DNA of 59,347 nt from a virus (IMGVR_UViG_3300044646_000633:1-59347), one strand, 5' to 3'; positions 36,254 through 45,792 are shown, numbered from the stretch's first letter. Notes: a model not told the origin generated them from the letters alone. Numbers and translations are program-made.

Positions 36254-36589
36254 TTAGGCCCCTCCCGCACGCTTGAGTTCACCCGTGGGCTTGTCCACCG
36301 CGCGCAGCCCTTCCAGTTGCATCTGGCGCGGGTCTTCGCGGGTCAGGTTGCCCTCGACAGTGGCGAACATGATCGTGCTGCCGCGCTCTTCCTTGGGCAG
36401 CTTGACCTTGATGTCGTCAACGATCTCGATCTGGCCGGCTTTGCCCGGCTTGAGCACCAGCTTCAGCGTCAATTCGCCGCTGCGGCCGGTGTCTCCGCAC
36501 TTGATCGTGAGTTCGTTGAGGGCCTTTGTCAGGTCCTCAGTGAGTGTCCCGAACCGCATTTGGTCCAGGGTGCGAGTGAAAGGGTGCAT
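36254..36589 (-). CDS. Conserved phage protein usually paired with DUF2303
   Basis: GELTLKL...GNLTREDPRQ; AGGAG SD. Confidence 0.75.
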   Translation of the reverse strand: MHPFTRTLDQMRFGTLTEDLTKALNELTIKCGDTGRSGELTLKLVLKPGKAGQIEIVDDIKVKLPKEERGSTIMFATVEGNLTREDPRQMQLEGLRAVDKPTGELKRAGGA

Positions 36590-36647
36590 GGAAAACTCCT
36601 TGATGATGCTGGAGTGAATACGGGGCTACGCGCCCCGCGAGCGGGCA

Positions 36648-37538
36648 TTACTTGCCGGTGGGGAACTGAGTGTCGGACTGGGCGGGGCCGGGCGCCTGGG
36701 GCGGGCCTTCGGCGAGCACTTCGGCCTGGGGCGGCGGGTCGATCTCGCCCGTCTCCGCGTCGATGGTCAGCGGGTTGTCCTGCAGCAACCCGATGTCCAC
36801 GCGCTCATCCTGCTCGACGGCGCCTGCCAGTTCGATGCTCACAGGCAGGTACTTGAACAGGCGCCGGATGACGGTCTTCTTGGCCATTTCCTCGAAGTGC
36901 GATGTCCACGGCGACGGGCTGTTGAACCGCTGCGACATCTTGTAGCCCTGCGACTCGTCGCGGATGCGCTCGATTTCCTTGCGGCTCATGACCTCGAACT
37001 GGGTGCCGCCGTCCTTCAGCTTGGCCACGGCGTAGACGAAGCGCAGCGGGCCGCGGTCGTCCGCCTCCCAGTCGGGCTCGTGCGTGAGGTCGGGGTTCAG
37101 GCCAAGGGCGACGTGGAACCTGTCGGCCGCGTACACAGCGCGGGCCTCCAGACTCACGATCTGTCCAGAGCGCCGCGCGAGGTCGATCATGCCGCGATAG
37201 CCCACGATGAACTGGACTTCGGTGATCTGCTTCTTGCGGTTCTCGAAGGGCAGCAGGTAGGCGTGGCCCATGGCGCTCCCGGGCTCAAGTCCCAGTTGCG
37301 CGCACTGCATGATCGCGCCCAGGAAGGAGGCTTGATCCGCACCACCCAGCTTGGGGTTCTTGCGAACCTCGGTCAGGGCGATGCGGGCCAGTCGGTCGGC
37401 CGTCATGTGCTTGGGCAGGGCCAGGGCCATCTGCGCCTTGATCTTCGGGTCGGTCAGCAGGCCGGCGATGGTCATCGGCCGTTGTGCGGCCTCGGCCACC
37501 TTGCCGGTGACTGCGGCCTTGAGGGCGGTAGTGCTCAT
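36648..37538 (-). CDS. recT: RecT single-strand annealing protein
   Basis: AQLGLEP...AYLLPF...GYRGMIDLARRSG...EMAKKTVIRRL. Confidence 0.95.
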   Translation of the reverse strand: MSTTALKAAVTGKVAEAAQRPMTIAGLLTDPKIKAQMALALPKHMTADRLARIALTEVRKNPKLGGADQASFLGAIMQCAQLGLEPGSAMGHAYLLPFENRKKQITEVQFIVGYRGMIDLARRSGQIVSLEARAVYAADRFHVALGLNPDLTHEPDWEADDRGPLRFVYAVAKLKDGGTQFEVMSRKEIERIRDESQGYKMSQRFNSPSPWTSHFEEMAKKTVIRRLFKYLPVSIELAGAVEQDERVDIGLLQDNPLTIDAETGEIDPPPQAEVLAEGPPQAPGPAQSDTQFPTGK

Positions 37539-37541
37539 GGA

Positions 37542-38513
37542 TCAGAGTCCTTCTGTAGAAAACGACTTCAGGGTGAAAACCCGCTTGTCCCACTTGCGTT
37601 GGAACTCGCGGGCCAGCTTGGGGTGGCTCTCTTTGAGAGCCGCTTCGTCAAGCCACGATCCGCTGCGCTGCTTCCATGTCACCGCCTCTTTCCCGTTGGG
37701 CATGACGATGCTGGTGCAGTCGCGCATCGCGCGCTTGACGGCGAACTCCAACACCTCGGCCTCGGCCTCGCGGGCCTTGATCTCGGCGTTTATCGCTCGC
37801 ATACGCATCACTTGCTCGGCCAGCGTCTCGTCGGCCAGCAGGGGATAGGCATCGGGGTTGTCCTTGTCGAAGAGCTTGGTCAGGTCTTCGAGCGTGGTCG
37901 GATCGGGGGCGATACCGGCCAGGACGTGATCGGTCCAGAAGGCCACGGCGCGGGCGCGCAGGCCGTTGATGGTGTCGTCGTCAGCCGGCACCGGGTACAC
38001 GCGCAATTCATCGGCGCCGAAGAGGGCCGCGAGCATTCCATCGCGGCGCCGGGTCACGCCCAGGCCGTGCATGACCTGGGCCGTGTAATGGACGGGCAAG
38101 GTGTCGCTGCCGGACTCGCCCCACTCGCGCAGCCGGAAGGGGTGGACCGTCTTCAACTCGACGTTCGTGATCTCCTCGGCGCCGTCCAGGCGAATCTCGA
38201 AGTCGATCTCGGACGCCAGGAACGGATGGTCGGCGTCACGATAGCGGCGATTGCTGGCGACGATCTCGACCTTGCGGCCTTCGTGCTCCAGGCGCTCGAC
38301 CAGCATTTCGGCCACGGCGCCCTCCCAGCGGATGCCGCGGGTGAACACCTGCTTGCGCGCGCCCTCCACGCGGGGCGTGGTCTTGTCGCGCCAGAGGTCC
38401 AGCGGCGTTTTCCAGGGGGACAGGCCCAGAACGGCGGCGATGTCGCTGCCGCCCAGCAGCTTGCTGCGGTCGTGGGCCTCGGGTTCGATGACGGACAGTT
38501 CGGTGGTGGTCAT
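37542..38513 (-). CDS. YqaJ-like viral recombinase exonuclease
   Basis: LGGSDIAAVLGLSPWKTP, ELKT, YTAQV; start MTTTELS. Confidence 0.92.
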   Translation of the reverse strand: MTTTELSVIEPEAHDRSKLLGGSDIAAVLGLSPWKTPLDLWRDKTTPRVEGARKQVFTRGIRWEGAVAEMLVERLEHEGRKVEIVASNRRYRDADHPFLASEIDFEIRLDGAEEITNVELKTVHPFRLREWGESGSDTLPVHYTAQVMHGLGVTRRRDGMLAALFGADELRVYPVPADDDTINGLRARAVAFWTDHVLAGIAPDPTTLEDLTKLFDKDNPDAYPLLADETLAEQVMRMRAINAEIKAREAEAEVLEFAVKRAMRDCTSIVMPNGKEAVTWKQRSGSWLDEAALKESHPKLAREFQRKWDKRVFTLKSFSTEGL

Positions 38514-38830
38514 GCGTTGACTCCGGTGGTCTTGGTGGTGGGGAACTTGAATGGGCGGCTGTGCGACATGCCGTCGCCCGACGCGGTGTTCTCGATCAGG
38601 CCGTCTTCGCAGCAGTCGGAGACGGTCCGCACGTCGCGGTGCACCCCCCGGCAGCCCCAGTATTCGTAGGCGCCGATGCCAAAGTCGTCGGTGATGGCCT
38701 CGGCCGGCATGCGGCACTCGGCGCACAGCATTTGCGGATCGCTGGCGTTGGCGGGGCACTTGCCGCCGCTGGCCCGGTGGGGGAATGGGTAAGCGGCGCA
38801 GTAGCACTGAGCCTGCATGCGCCGGCTCAT
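38510..38830 (-). CDS. Cys-rich hypothetical protein
   Basis: CYC..YPFPHR...C, C..C, SDCC. Confidence 0.65.
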   Translation of the reverse strand: MSRRMQAQCYCAAYPFPHRASGGKCPANASDPQMLCAECRMPAEAITDDFGIGAYEYWGCRGVHRDVRTVSDCCEDGLIENTASGDGMSHSRPFKFPTTKTTGVNA

Positions 38831-39159
38831 GACTGGTGGGCCCCGCCTGCGCAGCCGCCTCTGTGCTGCCAGCGGTCAGCCTTCTCGGCAGAGCCCCAGC
38901 ACCCCGCGGGCGCCTCGTTGTAGAGCCAGCCCACGATGGCGGGCAGGGCCGCGAGCGAAGTGTCGTCGGCCCGCGCCAGCGCCTCGCGCAGGTCGTTGGT
39001 GAGGACGGCCCACAAGAAGGAGCCTGTGGCCGTGCCATGCAGGACGTGAAGGTCCAGGCCCTCGCACAGGTGGTCGGGGATGGTCACCCCGCGAAACTTG
39101 TAGCCCTTGCTTGTAAGGGTGTCGTAGGCCCCTGGGGGCGATTGCACTGCTTGCAGCAT
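38827..39159 (-). CDS. Hypothetical protein
   Basis: GSFL.AVL.NDL..A..RAD...APAGCWGS; first gene after a promoter. Confidence 0.75.
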   Translation of the reverse strand: MLQAVQSPPGAYDTLTSKGYKFRGVTIPDHLCEGLDLHVLHGTATGSFLWAVLTNDLREALARADDTSLAALPAIVGWLYNEAPAGCWGSAEKADRWQHRGGCAGGAHQS

Positions 39160-39184
39160 CGCTGACTCCGGTAGTGGAGCCTCG

Positions 39185-39225
39185 ACTATATCCGTAAACG
39201 GATGATCGTCAATCCGTGGACGGAT
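39185..39225 (-). promoter_or_regulatory. Sigma70-like leftward promoter with two operators
   Basis: Minus strand TTGACG-16-TATAGT; ATCCGTAAACGGAT 39190-39203 and ATCCGTGGACGGAT 39212-39225. Confidence 0.8.
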
Positions 39226-39730
39226 ATTTTTTGGGGCCCACGGAGCCCGGACGGCCCACGAAGATCACATTGGGGTCGCGGTTGCCGGCTGCGGCTGCAT
39301 CGATGCGCGCCCGGGCGGCGTCGTGCGCCTGGAACAGCTCGGAATGCGTGACCTGGCAAATGAGGTCGGCGTAGTCGGCCGCGAAGCTGTCCAGACGCTG
39401 CATTTCGACCGGGTACAGCGCGCGGGTGCCGCGCGTGGCCTCGCGTTCGATGATGTCGAGCACTGCGGCCTGCGTCGCGGCCAGAGCGCCGTCGGCGTCT
39501 TGCGCGACCCGGTGGCGGACCAGTTGCTCGCTCACGGCAAGAGCCACGAACAAGGCGGTCCAGTGGCCCTCTGTCGCGGTGCCCTTGCACACTGCGGCCA
39601 CAGCCTCACGCGCGGGCAGGCTGAACCGCAGGGCGTCGTCCTTGGACAGCTTCATGCAGCCCTGCAGTGCGACAAGGTGGGCCGAAGGGTTGACGCCCCG
39701 CGGCCGGTAGCGGCTGCGCTTGCGGGTCAT
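39209..39730 (-). CDS. Hypothetical protein
   Basis: Start MTRKRSRYRPR, ATGA-coupled. Confidence 0.7.
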   Translation of the reverse strand: MTRKRSRYRPRGVNPSAHLVALQGCMKLSKDDALRFSLPAREAVAAVCKGTATEGHWTALFVALAVSEQLVRHRVAQDADGALAATQAAVLDIIEREATRGTRALYPVEMQRLDSFAADYADLICQVTHSELFQAHDAARARIDAAAAGNRDPNVIFVGRPGSVGPKKYPSTD

Positions 39731-40269
39731 CGGAAGTTCGCCCACGAGAACACGCTGGCGCCCTGGACGGTGCGCGTCCAGGTCTTGCCGGTGCGCACGC
39801 GGCTGATGCAGTGCGGGCTGACATCGAGCGCGTGGGCAATGACGATGCCGGACTGGCTGCTTTCGCGCACCCAGTCGGCAAGCTCCTGAGTAATCCGAGC
39901 CGTGCCGCTGGCCAGCTTGTTGCGCTTGTTGATCGCTGACCGTGCTGGGTCGCCTCTTAGGTAGCCGGCGCTTTCGACCCAGCGGCCGTAGGCCCGCCTG
40001 GGCCCAGCCTTCAGGTGCGCAGGGTTGCCGCATTGCGGGTTGCGGCAGGCGCGCCAGACTGTCCAGTCGCGGCCCTGACCCATGGGCTTGCCGGACAGCA
40101 TCCATGCGGCGCGCTGCAGCGTCTCGGTGCGCTGCAGGCTCGGTAGCCAGATGTTGATCCCCCGGTTCTTGCCGGATTGCTGATTGGACAGGTACACCCA
40201 ACAGTCGGTGTCGCCGTCCACCACGCAGCGCAGGCGCAGGTCCTCCAGTGTGCGTATTCCGCTCGACAT
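39727..40269 (-). CDS. Degenerate HNH/zinc-loop plus C-terminal HTH protein
   Basis: DCW...CRNPQCGNPAHL; IAHALDVSPHCISRVRTGKTW. Confidence 0.6.
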   Translation of the reverse strand: MSSGIRTLEDLRLRCVVDGDTDCWVYLSNQQSGKNRGINIWLPSLQRTETLQRAAWMLSGKPMGQGRDWTVWRACRNPQCGNPAHLKAGPRRAYGRWVESAGYLRGDPARSAINKRNKLASGTARITQELADWVRESSQSGIVIAHALDVSPHCISRVRTGKTWTRTVQGASVFSWANFR

Positions 40270-40502
40270 CAGGCCCCCGTCAGTGCTCGGTAGATCGCTC
40301 GCCCGACGTGGAATATGCCCAGCACGGCAACCCACGAAGCCAGGATTGCCAGGACCAGCAGGAACAGGCCCGTGCGGTCCATGGGCTCGTCGTCGTCGTC
40401 GTGCACTGCGATCTCGCAGGCCTCGGGATGAGGGCACAGGAAGCGCCCCTGCCGGCAGGCGCCGGAGCACCCGGCGAAGGTGATGGGCTCATGCGGCGCC
40501 AC
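40269..40502 (-). CDS. Small Cys-rich membrane protein
   Basis: CSGACRQGR.LCP.PEAC and C-terminal TM. Confidence 0.6.
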   Translation of the reverse strand: MAPHEPITFAGCSGACRQGRFLCPHPEACEIAVHDDDDEPMDRTGLFLLVLAILASWVAVLGIFHVGRAIYRALTGA

Positions 40503-40504
40503 GA

Positions 40505-40714
40505 TCAGAGACCCCAGGCCGCAGCCACCAGGAAGCAGGCCCCGACCAGCAGCCAGCGGCCAACACGCCCGATGATGCTCGCCTCGGGGCTATACGCCTC
40601 GATGGCGCAGCCGTAGTCCGCGCCTTTGAATGCATCATCCGTGGTGCGCGGATAGCAGCGAGTCGTGGGCCACCCCCCAGGGGCGGATTGCGGTGTAGTG
40701 ATCTGCTGTTGCAT
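40505..40714 (-). CDS. Small membrane protein
   Basis: WPTTRCYPRT..DAF and C-terminal TM; GGAG SD. Confidence 0.65.
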   Translation of the reverse strand: MQQQITTPQSAPGGWPTTRCYPRTTDDAFKGADYGCAIEAYSPEASIIGRVGRWLLVGACFLVAAAWGL

Positions 40715-40744
40715 AGCCGGTCTCCGGTGGTTGATGGAGCGCCG

Positions 40745-40764
40745 ACTATATCCGTAAACGGATA
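40745..40764 (-). promoter_or_regulatory. Operator overlapping a leftward promoter (-10 TATAGT)
   Basis: TATCCGTAAACGGATA palindrome; same context as 39185. Confidence 0.7.
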
Positions 40765-40788
40765 CCAGAAAGCAACACAAAGGGTCGC

Positions 40789-41097
40789 TCAGGCGCGTAA
40801 ATGCAACACGCTGCACAGCGGCAGTTGCGGCGCTTGCTCTGACTCGACCCAAGCCTGCAGAGACGTGCGCAGGCTGTCCAGTTGGGCGATCACGAGGTCG
40901 GCGTGCTCAGGCTCGATGCCTCGGGCGGCGGCCTGAATCTGTCCTGACGCGCTGATGGTAAGCGCAAGGCCGGCGACCGGAGCGTCGGAGGCGGCGGCCT
41001 GGGCGAGCATCCAGCGGCGGATGTCGCCGACCCGGGAAGGGTTCGGCTTGGGGGTGTGAATGTGGGAGAGGTCAGCGAGTGGAGCGTTTTCGCGCAT
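40789..41097 (-). CDS. Hypothetical protein downstream of the repressor
   Basis: Start MRENAPL overlapping the repressor end. Confidence 0.55.
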   Translation of the reverse strand: MRENAPLADLSHIHTPKPNPSRVGDIRRWMLAQAAASDAPVAGLALTISASGQIQAAARGIEPEHADLVIAQLDSLRTSLQAWVESEQAPQLPLCSVLHLRA

Positions 41098-41539
41098 GTT
41101 GAGTTGGTCCCGCGTCTTGTTGTGGTGTGATTGGGCGCGCGACCGCTTTTGCATGGGCTGCGCGACGCGATGGTGGCACAGGTGTGGAAATGTCGAGGGT
41201 AAACCGTGCCGACCGTGCGTGTTGTTCTGACGACAAGCCAGCGGCAAAGCCCAACAGGCGCTGACGCGATTCTGGTGTGAGTCTACGCATCGAGGCCAGC
41301 AGGTCGATCTCGGCTGGGTCGTCCAGAAGCAGTGACGCGGCCGACGTGCCGAAGGCGTGGGATAGCTGGGCCAGAGAGTCGGCCGTGGCGGACGAGTCGG
41401 CGGACAGGATGCGCGCGACCGTGGACTGGGACAGGCCAGCGCGACGCGCCAGCTTGACCTGCGTGTCCAGGTCCGGCCTTTCGGCCATCAAGGCGCGCAT
41501 ACGCGCGGCGATGACCTGACGCAGATGGGTCGGGTTCAT
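41072..41539 (-). CDS. XRE-family HTH repressor (CI-like; no obvious S24 peptidase domain)
   Basis: TQVKLARRAGLSQSTVARIL; divergent from the cro-like gene. Confidence 0.85.
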   Translation of the reverse strand: MNPTHLRQVIAARMRALMAERPDLDTQVKLARRAGLSQSTVARILSADSSATADSLAQLSHAFGTSAASLLLDDPAEIDLLASMRRLTPESRQRLLGFAAGLSSEQHARSARFTLDISTPVPPSRRAAHAKAVARPITPQQDAGPTQHARKRSTR

Positions 41540-41563
41540 TTAGACATAGTGCAGCAAAGGGCC

Positions 41564-41627
41564 ATCCGTTTGCGGATTGCGGGTTCGCGGGGGATACTTT
41601 TGACGCATATCCGTTTGCGGATACACT
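41564..41627 (+). promoter_or_regulatory. Switch region: two operators and a PR-like promoter
   Basis: ATCCGTTTGCGGAT at 41564-41577 and 41609-41622; TTGACG(41600)-16-TACACT(41622); ATG 6 nt later suggests a leaderless mRNA. Confidence 0.8.
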
Positions 41628-41633
41628 CGCCAT

Positions 41634-41912
41634 ATGAAGGTCCAAGAAACGATCCACGACTACCTGCTGCGCAGGCTGGCCGAGTTGCGTGGCCAGCACG
41701 CGCGCATCGCAACCGAGACCGGCGTGCCCCAGAGCACGCTGAGCCGCATTCAAAGCGGGCAGGGCAGTCCCCGGCTGGAGTCGGTGCAACCCTTGCTCGA
41801 CTGGATTGCGGCCTACGACACCCAGCAGGCCGCGCGCAAGCGGGCCTCACGCGGCGCTCGGCGCAGCGGTGCGGGCGGCGCTCGCGTCGTCGTACCCGGC
41901 CCCTCCCATTGA
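41634..41912 (+). CDS. Cro-like HTH regulator
   Basis: IATETGVPQSTLSRIQSG. Confidence 0.8.
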   Translation: MKVQETIHDYLLRRLAELRGQHARIATETGVPQSTLSRIQSGQGSPRLESVQPLLDWIAAYDTQQAARKRASRGARRSGAGGARVVVPGPSH

Positions 41913-42077
41913 GCATCCACGCCCACCCGTAGCTAGCGCCACGATGAAGACCACGATCAAAGCAGCCTCGACAACCTCGCGCGCCGTGCGCCAGGACGCC
42001 GGCAACCCGTTGCAGGAGGCGCCGACCGTGAAGAACGCGGCTGCAGCCATGAACGTGATGACGGCCCAGGTCACAGC

Positions 42078-42326
42078 ATGAGTCCAACTGCAGGCCCAGG
42101 GGGCAAGCTGACGCACCGGCTGGACGTGCCGGTGGCCGAGGCTGACATGGAAGCACTCATCGCCCTGGCGGCGGTGGCCGGCGTCACCAAGGCGGAATAT
42201 GCGCGCTGGGTGCTCAGGCGCGCGATCTGGGGCGAAATGTCCATGTTGCGTAGCGTCGCACGCTCGGGACGCGCGACGCCATCCGACGATGATGGGACGA
42301 CCCCTTTGTCAGGGGGTGGCGCTTGA
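42078..42326 (+). CDS. Small regulator (CII position, ribbon-helix-helix-like)
   Basis: RLDVPV...LIALA...GVTKAEYARWVL. Confidence 0.6.
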   Translation: MSPTAGPGGKLTHRLDVPVAEADMEALIALAAVAGVTKAEYARWVLRRAIWGEMSMLRSVARSGRATPSDDDGTTPLSGGGA

Positions 42327-42673
42327 GCGGCAGACAGTCCTCCTGGTGGATCGCCACCGAGTTGCTGGCGATCAACCGGGCCCGTTCGGCGCTGGAGCCA
42401 ACCCGCCAGCACTACAACCCCAACCCGGCCGGCGTGATACGCGACGGTAGCGCCACGGGCGCGGTCCTGGAGTGGCTGCGAGCGCGCAAGGAGCGGGAGT
42501 GGTTTACCCGGGGTCAGATCATGGCCGGAACCGGCCGCACCGAGAAGAGCGTGAACTGGGCGCTGTTGTACCTGCGCACCCAGGGGCGCATCGAATGCGT
42601 CCCGGACGGGTCGCGCAATCCGCAGTACCGGCGTTACCGCGCGGTCCGGCAGCAGGGGGCCAGCAATGCCTAA
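42323..42673 (+). CDS. Winged-helix DNA-binding protein
   Basis: TRGQIMAGTGRTEKSVNWALLYLRTQGRIE. Confidence 0.65.
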   Translation: MSGRQSSWWIATELLAINRARSALEPTRQHYNPNPAGVIRDGSATGAVLEWLRARKEREWFTRGQIMAGTGRTEKSVNWALLYLRTQGRIECVPDGSRNPQYRRYRAVRQQGASNA

Positions 42674-43571
42674 CCGAATCCTTCGTGAGGGCATCCTCAC
42701 CAGCGAAGCTGTCTCAAGCCTGAGCTGGGCAGCCGAGGTGTACTACCGGCGCCTCATGTCCGTGGTTGACGACTACGGCCGCTTCCATGCCCTACCGAAA
42801 CTCGTCCGGGCCGCGTGCTACCCGCTGCACATCGACAAGGTGTCCGACCTGGACATCGACACCTGGACGGCTGAATGCGTGGCAGCCGGCCTCGTAAGGG
42901 TGTACCCGGCAGCGGACGGGAAGCGATATCTGGAAATCGTGAAGTTCGGGCAGCAGCTACGCGCAAAGAGCAAATTCCCGCAGCCGAATGAAGGCGAATC
43001 TACGCAATCGACACCATCTGATAGCAACTGCTATCAGCCGCGAGCAAATGAACACTTAGTCGGAGTCGGAGTCGGAGTCGGAGTCGGAGTCGAAGACGAA
43101 GGCGTAGTCGGAGACGAAGGCGAGAGAGCGCGCGGGCGCGCGAAGCCGGAGAAACGCCCGTCGAACTCGGTGGCCGCATCCGACGACTTCCCGCTGCCGG
43201 CTGGGCTGTCGCGCGAGAAGTGGCGCGAGTGGGTGCAGTTCCGATCCTCGATCCGCAAGCCGATCAACGAGACATTGGCCATGAGGCAGGCGGACTACCT
43301 GGGCGAGGCGATCAGGTCCGGGCATGACGCCGCAGCGATCATCGACGAGTCCATGCGCAACGGCTGGACCGGGTTGTTCGCCAAGGACCACCACAAGCGG
43401 GGCAGGGAAGCGCCTGCCGAAACCTTCCGCGAGCGCGACGAACGCAACGCGCGCCAGCGGTGGGAGGAAATGACCGGGCGCGTCCACCCTGAAAACCTCA
43501 AGGCCCAGAGCCGGGTGATCGACATCACGCCGGCTGCAGCGCCCCTCATCCCCATCGGAGCGGCCAGATGA
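42666..43571 (+). CDS. Phage replication initiator (O-like)
   Basis: MPNRILREGI..SE...VDDYGR N-terminus; W.EWVQFR...S..NGWTGLF C-terminal domain. Confidence 0.8.
   Translation: MPNRILREGILTSEAVSSLSWAAEVYYRRLMSVVDDYGRFHALPKLVRAACYPLHIDKVSDLDIDTWTAECVAAGLVRVYPAADGKRYLEIVKFGQQLRAKSKFPQPNEGESTQSTPSDSNCYQPRANEHLVGVGVGVGVGVEDEGVVGDEGERARGRAKPEKRPSNSVAASDDFPLPAGLSREKWREWVQFRSSIRKPINETLAMRQADYLGEAIRSGHDAAAIIDESMRNGWTGLFAKDHHKRGREAPAETFRERDERNARQRWEEMTGRVHPENLKAQSRVIDITPAAAPLIPIGAAR
43018..43094. repeat. Putative origin: palindrome plus GTCGGA hexamer array
   Basis: CTGATAGCA-AC-TGCTATCAG 43018-43037; (GTCGGA)x5 43059-43088. Confidence 0.5.
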
Positions 43572-44125
43572 CCCTGCCTGTGCGCGTAATCGACCGGCTC
43601 TTCGAGCGACTGCTGGCGACCTACGGCGCCCAGTGGCAGGCGCTTTGGGCGGGCGTGCCGATAGCCGACGTCAAGAGCCTTTGGGCCGCGGAGCTTGCGG
43701 TCTTCAGCGAGCGGCTTGAGGCCATCGGCTGGGCCCTGGAGCGGCTGCCGGAGCGCCCGCCGAATCTCGTGCAGTTCAAAGCCCTGTGCCGCGACGCACC
43801 GCGCGCCGAGGCGCCAGCCCTGCCGCTGCCAGAACGAGATCCGGCGCGCATGGCCCAGGCGCTGCAGTCGCTGCGCTTGGTGGCCGGTGGCGACGGTCAG
43901 CCGGTGCGTGTGGGCGCAATCTCGGGCGGACGCACGCCGGCCCAGGCCGTCGTAGACGGGCTGATCGCTCGGGGTGAGGAGCGGGGCCTGATCCTGTCCC
44001 AGGTGGCCGTGCTGCGCTCGGTCGTCCAGATGCTGCGCGATGACGATCCGCGGCGCCAGAACCACGTCGTCGTCCGGTATGTGCCGGCGCAATCCGAAGT
44101 CACTGCACCACAGGAGGAGGCATGA
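43568..44125 (+). CDS. Replication protein P-like / helicase loader
   Basis: LFERL.ATYG..W...W..EL...PPNL.QF..LC; follows the initiator. Confidence 0.65.
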   Translation: MTLPVRVIDRLFERLLATYGAQWQALWAGVPIADVKSLWAAELAVFSERLEAIGWALERLPERPPNLVQFKALCRDAPRAEAPALPLPERDPARMAQALQSLRLVAGGDGQPVRVGAISGGRTPAQAVVDGLIARGEERGLILSQVAVLRSVVQMLRDDDPRRQNHVVVRYVPAQSEVTAPQEEA

Positions 44126-44424
44126 GCATGGAACTCTCGACCGCAACTATGGCGCCTCGGGCGCGACGCCTGGACCCCGAAACCAGCCACGAGGCCGCAG
44201 CCAGCGCAGGCGAGCTCCAGGCTCGGCACCAGGGGATGATCGTGGACACGCTGCGGCGGTGTGGCCCGCTGGGCAAGGATCGCATCGCCGCGATACTGGG
44301 GTTGACCGGTGTGGCAGTCGCCCGGCGCATGAGCGAACTGCGCGAGGCCGGATTGGTCGCGGCCACGGGTCGGCGCGTTCCGTCGAACTCCGGCCGGTCG
44401 GAAACCGAGTGGAAGGCGATCTGA
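44122..44424 (+). CDS. Winged-helix protein
   Basis: DPETSHEAA...VARRMSELREAGLV. Confidence 0.7.
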   Translation: MSMELSTATMAPRARRLDPETSHEAAASAGELQARHQGMIVDTLRRCGPLGKDRIAAILGLTGVAVARRMSELREAGLVAATGRRVPSNSGRSETEWKAI

Positions 44425-44676
44425 CATGCCCGCATTGCACCCAGGCGACGCAGGCGGGGCGCTGCCCGCTGTACGTGCTGACATGCCTCGGATGCTGCAC
44501 GCGGCTGGTGCTGAGCACGCACCCTCACAAGCCTGCGGCTGCGGCGATGCTGGCGGCCATCGAGCGGATGCCGGGGAACCCTGGCCGGGAGCGGGTCTTG
44601 GAGTCCGTCGCCCGATGCCTGGGGAAACCGCCCTCTCCTGGGGCGAGGTCCACCACGGAGTGAAGACGGGGTTGCT

Positions 44677-44868
44677 ATGAAACTGGCCACGACGATGGAC
44701 GAAGAGTACAGCTACAGCCTGCACATGCTCGGGACTGCGACGACCCTATACCGCGATGACCCCGAGGACGCGGGCGACCGGGCCGTGCGCGATCTGCGCG
44801 CAGTCGTCGAGGAAGTCACAGGGAAGCCCGTGGACAAGCCGGCCCGGCCTCGAATGGGGTTCTTGTGA
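44677..44868 (+). CDS. Hypothetical protein
   Basis: Short ORF coupled to the next gene. Confidence 0.55.
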   Translation: MKLATTMDEEYSYSLHMLGTATTLYRDDPEDAGDRAVRDLRAVVEEVTGKPVDKPARPRMGFL

Positions 44869-45230
44869 TGCGCCTGGGCACCTTCACCCCGCGGGCCAAG
44901 TACGGCAACCGTCGCATCGTCATCGACGGCGAGAAGTTCGACTCGCTGGCCGAGGCGAGCCGGTGGCGTGATCTGCTGCTGCTGCAGCGGGCCGGGAAGA
45001 TCGGCGGTCTGCAGCGTCAGGTGCGGTACATCCTGCTGGATGCGATACCGCGCGTCGGCAACAAGCCCGGGCAGCGGGCCATCAGCTACGTCGCGGACTT
45101 CGTGTACTGGGACGAGGACGGCCGGCTGGTGGTCGAGGACGTCAAGGGCGTGCGCACGGAGGTCTACCGGCTCAAGGCGAAGCTGATGCGCGCCGTGCAT
45201 GGCATCGAGATCACGGAGGTATCAGCATGA
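44865..45230 (+). CDS. DUF1064-family PD-(D/E)XK nuclease-like protein
   Basis: KYGN...FDS..EA...YVADFVY...VEDVKG. Confidence 0.85.
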   Translation: MMRLGTFTPRAKYGNRRIVIDGEKFDSLAEASRWRDLLLLQRAGKIGGLQRQVRYILLDAIPRVGNKPGQRAISYVADFVYWDEDGRLVVEDVKGVRTEVYRLKAKLMRAVHGIEITEVSA

Positions 45231-45583
45231 ACGTCAAGGTCACGAACGACAGGGCCGCGCTGGAGCAGCCGGAGCAGGCCGAGCCGGTGGCGTGGCGCAC
45301 ATTTGACGGTGAGGGAGGATATGACTACCGCACCTACGACGACAACGAAAACTACCGTGATGAGTGGGACAGGCGAAACCCAAACCATAAAGGATGGGTC
45401 GAACCACTCTACACCCACCCACCCCGCCGCGAACCCCTCACCGTCACCGACCTCCAGCAGGCGCTGGTAGACGTGCTCCTCGTTGACCCGGACGCCATCG
45501 ACGACCCAGAAGGCTATGACGGTGGCATGACCCTGATACAGATCGACGCGCTGCACAAGCGGCTGACGGAGGGCCAAGCGTGA
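45227..45583 (+). CDS. Hypothetical protein
   Basis: EPVAW...PLYTHP motif of phage accessory proteins; GGAGG SD. Confidence 0.7.
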   Translation: MNVKVTNDRAALEQPEQAEPVAWRTFDGEGGYDYRTYDDNENYRDEWDRRNPNHKGWVEPLYTHPPRREPLTVTDLQQALVDVLLVDPDAIDDPEGYDGGMTLIQIDALHKRLTEGQA

Positions 45584-45613
45584 TTCGCGCCACCGCGATC
45601 CCACTCCAGGACT

Positions 45614-45790
45614 CTAGCCGGGCTCTGTCTCCCGGGCCTCGTCAATGACTTGATGTAGCCACGCCGTGCCGCCCAGGCGCACCAGCTTCTCCCGCTGGGC
45701 CTGGGTCAGCCTGAACTCGAAGCGTGCCGACTGGCGCTTCAGCGGTGGCAGTGGTGGCCGGCCTCCGGCCTTCTTGGTCTTTGTGGTCAT
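45614..45790 (-). CDS. Small DNA-binding protein
   Basis: GGRPPLP...RLTQAQREKLVRLGG.AWL. Confidence 0.65.
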   Translation of the reverse strand: MTTKTKKAGGRPPLPPLKRQSARFEFRLTQAQREKLVRLGGTAWLHQVIDEARETEPG

Positions 45791-45792
45791 GG

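Noticed and set aside
36897-38669. 590-aa plus-strand ORF (also 30067..31401, 35486..36856)
   Set aside because: Antisense to recT/yqaJ, terL and DUF2303 genes with clear motifs
43059-43094. CRISPR-like array
   Set aside because: Simple hexamer tandem without spacers; no CRISPR array or cas genes were seen in the window
44409-44680. Small Cys-rich gene (TCPHC...CLGCC) between 44424 and 44677
   Set aside because: Plausible, but no convincing start codon and two competing frames, so not listed as a feature
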